Assembly: GCA_013265495.1 (NCBI GenBank)
Contig: MU058844.1
Span: 2,521,520-2,585,519 of the forward strand
Direction: 5' to 3'
DNA length: 64,000 bases
DNA from: Vicugna vicugna
Lineage: Eukaryota
In this document: piece after piece, positions 24,901 through 37,610 of the stretch
Layout: every line of letters begins with the position of its first letter
How positions within the stretch are numbered: position 1 is the first letter of the stretch
Notes under the pieces: model-generated
What the model was told of the DNA's origin: nothing
The model's input: only the letters and a program-made list of their open reading frames with translations
Databases searched by the model: none
Program-made: the position numbers and the translations under genes

Positions 24901-26854
24901 TCAAACAAGCTCAAACTATTAAATAGCTAATTTAAATTGTTGGGCCTTGTGGGTAATTTATGCACATAACTTGACCAGGTAAGATGGGAAAACCACTGAT
25001 TGTAGGGTCAGGATCCCTGGAGGCTTAGCCTATTCTCTACCTTTATGACCTCCATTTCCACATTTATTAAAATAAGGTATTGGACAGAATCCTCAATGAC
25101 TCTTCCCCTCCAGATTTTATAGTTCATCATTACAACCAAAATATAATTCCCTCTAGAAAAATTCATTTCCCTACATTATAAAAACTACATAGCTCTTAGA
25201 TACTCACATTATTGGACTGACTTATTTTTAACCAGAAAACCTCTGAAGATGATTGGAATTACACAACTATTGTTCCCTAATCCAATTTGATAAATGCTTA
25301 CCAAATACTCATACACTGAAAAGTGACTGTGATGGTAGAAATACGAAAATGCCAAATTTCAGGCCAGTATTGCCAGATAAAGTATTACATGGATCAAGTG
25401 TCATCCATGTCACTACATGTTGTATTGACTACAAAACAGTTAAGAAAGGAGTGCTTTCTTTTGTCTCGGGGGATTTAAGGGAAGATGTTGAGCAGGAAAT
25501 GGCATTGTGGGAGCTTTAGATTGTTTAAATTCCAAAATAAAAGATTTTTGAGAGGTATAAATAGAAATGGAATAGAGAAAGCAACAGGCTTACAGATTGA
25601 ATGGTTGTAAAATCAGAGTTCAGATTACAGTGAACTATAGATCATACTGATTGCATTATACATCAACTTGCTGGCTTTTCCTAATCTAGAGTCTCATTTT
25701 CAAAGGAAGTTGCCCTTCTTTTGTTCTCCTTTATGACTGGTGGTCATCGATCCAGCCACATTCTTCTTATGCCCCACTGCAAACAACAATATGACTTTCA
25801 AGAGAGGAAAAAGGATGTGTCTTCAATAAAGAATTATTTACATCAAAATTAATTGAACTTCAAGGACTACTACCTTGGTCCATCTACCTCCTGTAACATT
25901 CTATCATTGCTGTGTGAACTTTTCTAAGAGAGTTAATTAAGGTATGTTTTACTCTTGGTTATATTTGTTTATCTACTTAATGTTCAAAGAGTACTATCTA
26001 CATGTCAGACTTGTTTTAAGCAATAGGCATATATTGATGTGCAGAACACAAAGCAGGGGCTTCTCTTGCCTGGATCAATGGATGATGCTGACAGCAGTGA
26101 ACAAAGTAGGTCTCACTGCCCAGAACTTACATTCTAGTGGTAGAGACTTGCACTCAATTTACACTGTCATGACTAATATAGTTTAGGACTCAGAAAAAGC
26201 TTCTCCATATCTCTTGTTCTACATTCTGGAGAAAAAGGCAACTGTATCCCAGGACTGTTAAGATAATGTGGATTGTGTTTCTTTCTTCATCAGTAATAGA
26301 CATTGCTTTGGAATGTGGGGAAGATTTGAGTGATGAAAATCTTTGGGTAGAGAAGATTAGCTCATAATTAATCAGATTATTAACTCAAAATTCTTCCCCT
26401 CCTGACATGAATGCAATACATTTTTACATAAAATAAAGTACCATTTTACAGTAGTGTTGACTATTCTTGCTTCTTTCTCTTCTCATTTACAATTCTAGGG
26501 GTACTCAAGAATTAATGTGATGTTCTCAATAATTGCGATGGTAGCTCAGGAATATTTCACAATATTAAGCAATTCATATTACTCTTAAAATAGAATATAT
26601 GTTGTTCCAGGTGCAACATGGAAAATAATACCTGTACCTTACACTGGTTTTTACATCTTGGTGTTGCTTTACAAGGCAGTACACTTGTTATATAAATGAC
26701 AATAGTTTATGTGATAAAAATTAATATTTTTGTAACATATATTCTGATAAAATAATTTACTTTATGCAATCTCTTTTTAATGTTTAAAAACAGTATGTAA
26801 AAATCATGTTTCATTTCCAAGTTTTATTTGAGAATCCTATTCATAATTTTAGTT

Positions 26855-26894
26855 GCTTCTACTTTAGTAAAGCTTCTACTTTAGTAAAGCTTCT
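26855..26894. repeat. Perfect 17-bp tandem duplication
   Basis: gcttctactttagtaaa twice, followed by gcttct. Confidence 0.9.
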
Positions 26895-29849
26895 CTAAAT
26901 TTAAATTACTTTCAAAAATTATCAAAGAATTATAAAGAATCAAGAAAGATTAACTTCATATTATTATCAATAGAATACAAATTATGTGAAAATCTTGATA
27001 ATAAGAATATAATTATTGATTATTCTATAATAGAGGCAATAAAATTAATGTCATAGAATACATATTTAATAATTTATGAATTATATATTCATAAATCAAA
27101 CATCCCTGGCTCAACCATGCAACACCAAGATATACATAATAATAATTAAATTCAGCCAGCAGTATAGTAAGTATTCAACATATTTCTATTGATGAGTAAA
27201 CAAATGTTCACATTTGGGTTTATCAATATCAGCAGTTTCTTACTTGTAGTGAATGCTTTCGGCAATTGATCTTTTCATGTTTAATACGTTACCACATTCA
27301 CTACCAGTCTTTCTCTTCCACAACCTGCCTAACTGAAATTTTAATTTTTCAGAAAAGATAATTTTGTAGCTAGAGAACTACCAGGTTCAATTTTTTTCTT
27401 CCTTAAAGCTCTATAGACATTGTTCCTCTGTCTTATGAAATTTATTGTTTTATTGAAGTCTCTTACTAACCTGATTTTTGTTCTTTGTGGGTAATTGATT
27501 TTTCTTGCTTGGATGCATTCAGAATTCTTTCCTGATTTTTGACATTTATAATTTTCAGGTATGTTTCAAGATAAATGCTCCTTTGATTCATTTATCTTAG
27601 AAACAAGTTAAGGATTTTAGTTTCCAGACCCAGAATCTTTTCCACTTTCTTTTTTTCCCTATTGTTCTGGGATAGCTTTCTTCAAAAAGAAAAAAAAGCT
27701 TGATTATTGCCTCTATTTGCCTTGTTCTGTTTTCTTCTAAAGAAATATTTATTAATGTATAATAATTTATTTATGATGAAAGAAACAATGTAGATTATTT
27801 GAGGAAAGAAATAATCATTTTATATCTTCACTGGATTCCACACCACAGACATATTCTAGTAGTAGCAGTATATTTATAGGTTAAAAATAATATTATAGTA
27901 CCACCTAGAAGAAAATAAAATACACCATAAACCTGAAAGCTCAAGGAGGATGTTTAACTGTTTAGACTTATGTTTACCATAGGCCTTGCCAATTTAATTG
28001 TTCTAGTCTCTAGAACCAATGCTGGTCCAGATTATCCAGTTGAGCCTCATGTGATCCTTTCCTGGCCATCATTACATACCTTTCTGTCCTTATTTCCCAG
28101 CAGTAGACTCTGCATCCCAACTAGAGTGGAGAGTCTATGGCCCCACAGCATCACACACTCTTTTCTATATTAAATGCCCTTTCCCCTAAATCTTTTGATG
28201 TGATAAAGTTTACCTGAAGTCCCTCTTGCTGTTTGAAAACTCTTCTCATTACTAAATCTACCAAGGCTATCCCCTCTTTAGTATTCTATACAACAGATTG
28301 TTTCATTATCAGGCCCTGATAAACATGTACAGCCATAAAAGTAATGATGGTGTGCATGCATAGCAGTTGATTCCTTATAACCACAGTAGAGATGAACAAA
28401 CAGGTGGAAGTAATGACTTTGCTGGGCAACACCATCACAGTGAGCCCTTATCAGCACTATGGTTCAATCCTGGCTTGAGTCCCACTTCTTCCAGTCTCAT
28501 CACTTTAATATGGCTGTATCATCAACCACACAAACCCCTCTTAGATGTGAGGGATGATGCTGCTGCCTATGCTTTTACTTCTCTTATATTCCATACTTCG
28601 TTTATTCCCCACTTATCATCTGCTACTTTCAAAATGTCCTGTTATGTTCCACAGTGCTCCTAAACAGAAGTCCTGTACTTTGTTCAGCAATTTTCACCCA
28701 CTCGTTGCTGTTCAGCATGCTGCCATCTTTCCACAGCCTTGGAGCTTTTGCATCATCATAGACCTTGGTAATGGCTGAGTGTTTTGGGACCGCTTGTCCT
28801 CAATTCTTTGTGCAATCCTAGGACATTGTACATCCTAGGACATCTCCAAAAGAAAGGAAATTTTTCTCCTGAAAACAACCTCAGCTCTACTTCCATCTCC
28901 AATCCTCCCTCACTTATTTCCTTCTTTATCTTCAAATTTACAGCTCTGTTTATTTAATCTGAGTAATTATCCCAACATACACTTTCCCTTTTCATCTGTT
29001 CCTCAGGTGAAGGTAGAGCTATAAATTCTATTCTAAATCTGTGGTGTTAGGCTCATTTTGAAAGCAACTTATCCTGCTGTGCTTAAAATCTTCTGTAATT
29101 TTCCTCAACCTGGGAAAAAGAAAAATGTGCTCCACAGTCATATAGAAGGTGTGGATTAAAAGAGCAAGACCCTAATTTTATTGTCTTCTGTTCTAGCTTT
29201 AAAAGCCAATTAAATGTGAATTTTACTCATAATACAACTTGATTTTCTCCTTGAAATTTAGTATCAGTCATTAAAACCACGATGGACAGAAACAAAATAA
29301 ATAGAAAACAAGCATGCTAACTGACAGTAAAAGTCTTGGTGCCAAAAGAGGTAGAGATATGAATTCAACTCTGTTCTGCACTGACAACATCATCCTAATG
29401 TAGCTTTTGCTTATAAAGCTGCTAGTATTCTTTTGAAATGGCAGTGTTTGTGAATTGTGGCACTAAAAAGCTAATCCATTTTTGGCAACATAAAAAAAGA
29501 AACAATTCTCTTTGTAGTCAGAATTATGCCTCTGAAGATTATGTTCCCCTGCTTTAAAAAATGTGTTTTTAAAAATTATATATTTAGATTTTACTTTGCC
29601 TGAAAATTATGCTTTTACTTGTGTAGGGTTGTGTGTGTAGGCATGTGAGTTCATATATAAGTGGTTGCTTAAATCATAAGATGGGAACACAAAGACTGTA
29701 CATGGTTGTTAGACATGGTCCTCACCTCAACTTGGCAGAAGCATTGTAAGTGAGATCAAAAGTCTGGATTTGGCAGAGTCCCATCTGCACTGGACGGGAC
29801 TAGTAAAGTTCTAAGCATGTCATTTTCTTCATACACTGATGTCTACCTC

Positions 29850-30190
29850 AATGATCATTCCCAGCAATTTTTTTCTCTTGACTTTGACTTCCCATTTACC
29901 CCAACTAGGAATGGCCATATGGCGCTGTTTGGGGCAATAGGACATAAGCAGAAGTGTACTGGATAGTTCTTCTGGGTATGTGTTTGCTCTCCAGTAGAAG
30001 AAACAGAATTCCCCATTCTCTATATCTTCCTGATTTAATGTAGGTATGTTTCTGTATCGGAGACAGCTATTTAGCCACCATGAGAAAGCAGCTAAGATAA
30101 TCACAGAAATTATGTGCTTAAAACATTGTTGAGACATTGAGACATTAACAGCATCTTCTTACCTCTTGACACTAAGAAATAAAAAGCTTC
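29850..30190 (+). mobile_element. MaLR MLT1-type LTR fragment
   Basis: ctaggaatggccatatg...gcaataggacataagcagaagtgtactgg...cagctatttagccaccatgag...aaataaa. Confidence 0.5.
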
Positions 30191-30808
30191 ACTCCCAGTC
30201 ATGGACCATGGGACTTCCCTACATGACGATACCCCAGGGAATGAAGAAGTAATGCAGGGCCTCTAATATTTTCTAGGTGAGAGGATGGAGACACTAGCCT
30301 TTCCTCCACTGTGACTGTCAACTATGATCATTGATCCACAACTTATTTCTAATTTATACCAGGCACACTGATAAATTCATACCTGAAAATATGTTTCAGT
30401 GGTAATGAGAGCTACAATTTTAGCACTTTTTATTTGCAAGGCACTGTACCTAACACTTCATCTGCTTTATTTTGTTTACACTATGCCCTCACGTACACAA
30501 AAACATAAACATAAACAAATAATAAGAGCAACAAAAACTACCTTAGGATCTAACATTGGCTATCAGAAAAGTTCTCATTTTCCATAAAGTGGTAAGTAGC
30601 AGTCTCAACTTTTCTTTGCTAATAATTGGCACAGCTGAGATTTGAAACCCACAACAAATTTAACTGCCGAGAACCCCTCTGACACATTCTATTTGGCCAG
30701 CAAGGGGTTGAATAGTAGGTTTATCTTCGTAGAAAACATATTTTGGAATACTATAATCATTGCACAATAATGCTGCAAAAGCACTATTTTCTTCTTCTAA
30801 TACAAATG

Positions 30809-31212
30809 TGTTGGTTCAAAACCTCGGGAACTTCCCCAGTGAAATGTGAAACTGGTCCTTGTACACAGAAGGCACGGAGAGACTGAAGAAGGAGGCAGAC
30901 CACTTCGGACTGATGGGCAACAGGCCTAATATGCAAGAGATTCTACACGGAAGGCTTGTCTTGGGTGACTGTAAAACAATCAGACCTTGACACCTGCCTG
31001 CTAGAATTTTAAAAGTCTGGACAGAGGCCTTCACTGGATTCAGTCACGTGTATATGGTCCAGATGGCCTCAGCAACACATTACTCTTTCAATGTTGCTCC
31101 TACTGTGGGAATGAGGGGCAGTGCAGGGGAAGGAGAGGGGGAGCCTCCCTCTGCCTGGGTCCAGCTCTCAGGTCAACTGGCAGTCACGGCCTCTCAATGA
31201 CCTCCTCCAACA
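30809..31212 (-). mobile_element. 404-bp solo LTR, family not identified
   Basis: Terminal inverted repeat TGTTGG...CCAACA, 5-bp near-TSD aaatg/aaagg, and a sharp GC and CpG rise relative to the flanks. Strand is inferred only from degenerate TATA-like and polyA-like positions. Confidence 0.75.
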
Positions 31213-34200
31213 AAAGGCACAGGCCAAATTGTAACTATTAACATATTGTAAAAAACATTATTTATATCTTAAAAAGAATCCATTATTTTGGTATCAATTG
31301 ATAGAGGAATATTTTACATTTGGCTTCATCTTTTTAACCTAAAATTTAATTGACCCTTTATCTCCATCTCTTCCAATTATATGAATTTCACTTTCCAAGG
31401 CCATTCTTAAAGAGAAGTTGGAGGAAGCTTCTGGCAACATTTATTATTTGTTTTTATATCTATTTTTTAATTTGTTCCTTGCCCAGAATGTTTTGCAATT
31501 TTAAATTGAAAACAGTCTGGTAGTTTTTCTTAAATATTTGCACAATTGATTTTTGATCACTTCATTCAATTACCAAAAAGGAAAAAAAACAACGTTTGTG
31601 TCCACTTTTTCCCCTCAAAACAAATTATATTTTAGGGAGTTATCTTGGAGCTGCCTGTGCTTTCACAGATTGGCTGCTGCAGCTTACTTTTAACTGGCCA
31701 GTTGTGGTGTTGTGGTGCTGTTTTCTCTGTGTACAGCGTCATACCTTTAATAACCACCAATGATTTGAGGTTTTTACAAATATCCCTCATTACCCGGAGC
31801 ATTTTTAGCAGGTTGTAGGCGAATAGTTCAAATTACTGTCTTTTAATAATTAATCCATGTTCTCAATTAAAAACACAATCTTTTAAAGCCAGCACTTGAA
31901 AAGTAAACAGGCAGATTGTCATGTTAGTGGATGGTTGTTAATTATTAGCTGTCTGCCATCAAGTCCCTGTTCCTCAGTGAAGCCTTACTTCCTCTGGGGA
32001 CAATCCAGGCACCTTCCCTCCCACTCAGAGGCCTGACAGTCAGGATTACTGCCCCTTCTTTTCCTTTCCTTCCTGCCCTACTAGAGCAAGCCCACAACCT
32101 GAGCTTACAATCAGGCTGTAAAAAGATAAACATCTCAAGGATTTAAACCAAAAGCCTTAGCCAGAATCTGAGGATCTCTACAAACTGTCCTCACGGTTTC
32201 TCTATAAATATATCTCCAGCTGAGCTTCCTACATAATCTTCCAGTCTAACAAGTTCAAAGTCCTTATTTTCTTTTGTAAATATCCCGTTTGTATCTATTT
32301 CCACATTTTGTCTGTATCTCTTACTACTGCTGGATTTTTGCTTAAAGCGGGTCTTTTTTCTCTATCAACATGTATCCTAAACCAAGTTTTTCTCCTTTTA
32401 ACTTCCAAAATTTCTCCCTGATTTCTCGATTCCATGATAAATCTCTTGTTTCTTCGATCTTCTATAGCATTTATATGTGTAGCTTTGGGTACTAGATCAT
32501 TATTATTATACAGGCTAGCGCCTTTGGGCCCTGTTTTTTTTTTGTAATGTTTTGTAATGTTATAAGTGTATTTTCTGAGTCCACATTTCTCAATGTTTAT
32601 AGACTACATAAAAACAAAGGCCTCTTTCAGTAACCAGGATATTTGTGGTAGATATAAAATAAATACTCAAATATTTTTGTCGATTTGAATATTACCATAT
32701 GTTTTTGGTAATATTCTGAATATCTGTGGAGAGGTATTTTAATTACTTAACTTTTAAAGCTTAATAATTTTCGTAAGTTTAGGAGGCTAAGTTCTTCTGA
32801 CCCAGGACAAAAGCTGAGGTGCCAAAAAACGTTTTAACCCTGTATATAAATGCATTTGCATCAAGTCTATTTGTCTTTAATTTTTCTTTTTTACCTGAAA
32901 ATGTACAAATATCTAACTCATGAACATTGTTCCTCTTATGGGAAAGAAAGAAATATAATTAGACTCAAAAGGAAAGTCAAGATTTTTCTATAAATTTTTT
33001 GATTCCATTAACTAGACTGGATTTGTGACTATATTATGTCTTGACAATTACAATTTAAGTTGTCTAACAAATACTTATTTAACATTTAATCTGCGTAAAC
33101 CTCTGTGCAAAGTGCCAGAGTAAGATGCAATTACTGCATGGAGAAGCTGACGGTATGTGAGAAAAAAATATCTCATAAAGATATGATTAAACGTAAGAAG
33201 TACAAGAAGACATGTATGCATAGAATGCTATGATAACATGGAGAGATATATACTGTATAAGCATTATATTTAAATGCCATCTACATTTATTTACAGCCAT
33301 CTACTAACATGCATTTTGACCATTATGCCCTGAAGAGAAGATACTAATGATGTTAGAGAGTTAGTAGAACAGTAGGAAGTACACAGAATTTCGATTCATA
33401 ATATCCGGATTTGAGTGCCACATTCACCACCTATTTTATGACCTTGAAAAAGCTATAAAGTCGCTTGAAACACTTACACTGATTTTCTAATAGTAGTAAT
33501 ATCTATCCAAGATATTGATGACAATTTATAGAGAAAATTACCTACAATCTGTTTTTGGTTATTTGATTCAGGCTGGGGTAAAGAAAAATGAAGGAAACAT
33601 TTTGTTTGTGTATTGGAACTTTTTGGATAGTCTAAATGATATCATTAAATTCACTTTTGCTACTCTTCATGAGCCTTCCAAAGTTTTGAAAATGGGAATC
33701 ATAACAATATTAATGTACTGGCTTCAGAGGGTATGTTGTATCTTCAAGGGCACAATGAAGAGCAGATCATTCTGAATTAGTTTTTAGGAGCTGGCTAGAG
33801 AAATATTTGTTTCTTAGTAATGTCAACTCTTACCTCGTGAAACAAGACTGCAAAGATAAATATTGCCCACTCTTATTCCCCTAAGAATAACCTTATTCTG
33901 ATGGAGATGGGGTAGGAAGAATGTGGCAGGGACAGATTATGGGGGAGGCTAATATTCCTAACCATAAAATATTCTAAGCTATCTCTAAGGAATTAAAGTG
34001 ATCTCCCTGGAACTATTGTGAGCCAGCAACTGAAAATGGAGGGGTCCATATGCAGGCAAGATTAGGTCTGATAGGATTATCAACATTGAGTCCATTGTTA
34101 ATCTCATTTATCTTGGATAGAAAGGCTCAAATCTCAAAATTTTTCCACTTCTGAATAAGGGGTGGAAGATAAGAAATGGGGACATGGGAGACTTTGGCAT

Positions 34201-34334
34201 CTTTTCTGTTTGTCTACTACTTCTTCAGTTAAGTGTACATTTCTTTGTTACAAATTGTATATGGCCCAGGAAATGCTGAAAAGGGAAAGACTGAAATTGG
34301 ATGTCTCTCAATTTGAGAGGTAAGTGAGGGAACT

Positions 34335-35690
34335 GTTTTGCATGTGAGATATATATCATATCAACAGGATGAAGAAGAAAAATCACGTGACCATAGTAAA
34401 AGATGTTGGGAAAGTGTTTGACAAAATCCAACAGCCATTCATGATAAACCTCTGAGCAAACTAAGAATAGATACAATATCAAAGACATGATTCATAAAAA
34501 AATAATTTATAAGCTGGGTTTCATTGAAATTCAAAACATCTTCTCTGTGAAGGACACTGTAAAGAGACTGAGAAGATAAACCAAATACTGGCTTAAAATA
34601 TTTGTGAAAGATGTATGATAAAGACTATTATTCAAAATATACAAAGCTCTCTTAAAGCTCAACAATAAGAAAATGAACTTCCTGATTAAAAAATGGGCAA
34701 AATACTTAGACATCTCACCAAAGAAGATACACAAGTGGCAAAGAGCACATGCAGATGAAAAGATGTTTAATATCCTATGTCATTAGGGAATTGGAAATTA
34801 AAATAGAGAGATACCACTACACACCTACTAAAATAGCCAAAACCCAGAACAAAATGCTGATGAGGATATGGAGCAACAGGCACCCTCATTCATTGCTGGT
34901 GGGAGTGAAAATGATACAGCCACTCTGGAAGACAGTTTGGTGGCTTCTTAAAAAACTAAATATGCTATTACCATATGATTCAGCAGTCTCACTCCTTGAT
35001 ACTCACCCAAAAGAGTTGAAAACGTATGTCCACACAAAAACATGGACATGGAAGTCTTCAGCAGCTTTACTCAGAATGGCCAAAACTTGGAAGCAACCAA
35101 TGTCCTTCAGCAGGTAAATGGATAAATAAACTGTGGTACATCCAGACAGTGGAATATTATTCAGTGCTAAAAAGAAATGAGTTACCAAGCCATGAAAAAT
35201 CTGAAATGCTTATCACTAAGTGAAAGAAGCGTATTACTGAATGAAAAAATCTGAAAAGCTATGTACTGCGTGATTCCAGCTATAAGACATCTCAAAAAGG
35301 CAAAACTATGAGAGAGTAAAAACATCAGTGGTTTCTAGGGGCAGAAGAAAGAGCTGGAGGAATAGGCAGAGAATAGAAGATTTTTAGGGCAGTAAAAATA
35401 GTCTATATGATACTATAAAGGTGGATACATGTCATTCATTAGACATTTGTCAATACTTACAGAATGTGTAGCATCAAGAGTGAACCCTAATGTAAACTAT
35501 GAACTGGTTAATGATGTGCCAAAGTAGGTTTACAAATTGTAACACATGTACCACTCTGGTGGAGGATGTTGCTAGTGAAGAGGTTGGGGTGGGGGATGGG
35601 CATGAGGTATATGGGAACTCTCTATATTTTCTACTTTATTTTGCTGTGAACCTAAAACTGCTCTAAAAAGTAAAGTATATTAAAAATAAG
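34335..35690 (+). mobile_element. L1MC1/2-like L1 3' portion with an internal deletion
   Basis: ORF2 C-terminal remnant (RYHYTPTKIAK...QPLWKTVW...HPKELKTYVHTKT) and 3' end gctgtgaacctaaaactgctctaaaaagtaaagtatatt. Confidence 0.9.
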
Positions 35691-36059
35691 TGAATTTCAA
35701 ATTTACTCTTAATTTGCCTCATGTTTCTTTTCCTGAGGATTAGCATTTTAAGGAGTTATTTTTTAAATATATAGACCATATAAAATTATGCTGATGTATA
35801 AATAGGAAATAAATTTCAGATGAAATCATGATCTAATTTAGTCTCTTCAATGTATTTAACTTGTTTCTCAATTAACAAACCCCAAAAGTAGTTATATATA
35901 TTTAGTCCCAAATATATTTATTTTAGGGTTAAAAGTTACCTCAGGGGTTAATATTATATTAGGATTTGTGCCTTTTTTAATAATTGCATATTGTTTGAAA
36001 AAAAGTAGATTGTTTCAGAGGTGTAGACTCAGAATGTTCAGAGGACACAGATAAAGCAG

Positions 36060-36500
36060 TTGTAATGAAAATGGAATGAAAAAGGCTTAGATTCATTTCT
36101 TAGTTGTGACCTTCACTATTCATGTCAACTTGGGAAGGCCCTTAATTTCCTTAGATTCAATTTCCTCATCTCTATAAAGTTCATCTGGCATCCCTCCTAT
36201 GATAATTATTGTGATAATTAAAAGTGCATCCTTACCAAGAGAGAGCAGGAGAGGGAGAGGGGAGCCAAGCCAAGGCAGATAAATAGTAAGGATTCAGAAA
36301 TGGTTAATTTATATTGAGCTTTCAGTATGTACCAGGTACTGCTACATATTTTGTGAATAGTAATTACAACACCAATATGATAAAGGCATTATTATTCTAA
36401 AGGAGGTTAAGAAAATTTAAACAATTACCCCAAGGTAATATGGATTAGAAATCAGCGTAGTGTGCAAAATCATGCCAGTCTGATTCACCAGAATTTAGAT
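36060..36500. mobile_element. Two MIR fragments in opposite orientation
   Basis: caatttcctcatctctataaa at about 36160; tttatattgagctttcagtatgtaccaggtactg...gaggttaag at about 36310-36430. Confidence 0.55.
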
Positions 36501-36876
36501 CTTCCCAGGGTCTTCCAGTCTTGATTGATGGGTGGGAATTCATTCACACTGACAAGCAGAAAAATAATATTATCTAGCCCTCTTCATTGGCATCTAACTG
36601 ACATAGTAGAAACTGAGTGAAAATCAAAATGGAATGGCCTATGGGATGTGCTGTGAATCTGAGGTGAATAGCAAGATAAATATCCAGAAATGAATTTATC
36701 TAGACAAGGGAAAAGGAATGGAAATAAAAACAATGAGGTTCTGCCCATAGCTTCATCTTTCTTTTTATTTTCTGGACTTTATTTATTTATTTATTTTTTT
36801 GGCCAACATACATTAAATAATAAGAAAGAACTGAATAGCATTAAACATTTCTAAGCAGAATTTACTGAGGAAAGTG

Positions 36877-36889
36877 GTTGCCTAGCAAC
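36877..36889. promoter_or_regulatory. RFX X-box motif
   Basis: GTTGCCTAGCAAC fits the RFX consensus GTNRCC-N(0-3)-RGYAAC. Function is not demonstrated. Confidence 0.45.
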
Positions 36890-37017
36890 AAAAATATACT
36901 GTTTTGACATTATAGTGAGGATTGATGAAACATTAAAATAGTTCATTTAAAAGCTTATGGTTGCTTTGGAAATGTAAGGACATCTGGTCTTTTTTAGAAG
37001 TTTTTTGTAAGAGGCTT

Positions 37018-37610
37018 TGTATTAGTTTTTTATGCTGTGTAACAAATTACTAAAAACTTAGTGGCTTAAAACAATATTCATTTTATTATCTCACAGTGTC
37101 TGTAGGTCAGAAGTCTGGGCACAAATTAACTGAGTCTTCTGCTCAGGGTCTTTCAAAATGTCAGCTGGGCTATGTTCTTGTTAAGGGTCTGGACAGGAAG
37201 TGATCAGTTTTCAAGCTGTCTCAGTCTGGGGCAGAATTCATTTCCTTCAGCCTGTAAATTTTCTCGCTGCTTAGTTCCTCAAAACCACAAAAACAGAAAG
37301 TAGCTCCCTTCTGGGATCTCTGCCTTCAGGAAAAGTCTAGGTCTTCTTTTTATGACTCACCTGATTAGGTGAGCCCCACTTAGAATAATCTCCTCTTGAT
37401 TACCTCAGAGTCAGCTGGTTAGCCACCACAATCATATCTAAAAAATCCCTCTACCTTTGCAATATAACTTGACTTAATTACAGGAATGATATCCAATCAT
37501 CCTTGCCATATTCTATTGGTTAGAAGCAGATTATAGTTTCCACCAAAACTCAAGGGTGTATACTAGGCTTCAAAAATCAAGAAGACCACCCTAGGATGTG
37601 TCCACCACCA
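37018..37610 (-). mobile_element. MaLR MLT1 (D/E-like) solo LTR
   Basis: tgtattagttttttatgctgtgtaacaaattactaaaaacttagtggcttaaaacaa...ggcagaattcatttcctt...ctcacctgattagg. Confidence 0.85.

Noticed and set aside
33828..33865. 14-nt AG/GT microexon-like pattern on the minus strand (similar 9-nt one near 30165, 7-nt near 13182, 15-nt near 3325)
   Set aside because: Such pairs recur here, including inside repeats, with no supporting context. They show that chance splice-like patterns are common.
34225..35223. Cluster of overlapping ORFs, including 122 aa
   Set aside because: Decayed L1MC ORF2 C-terminus and its antisense frames.
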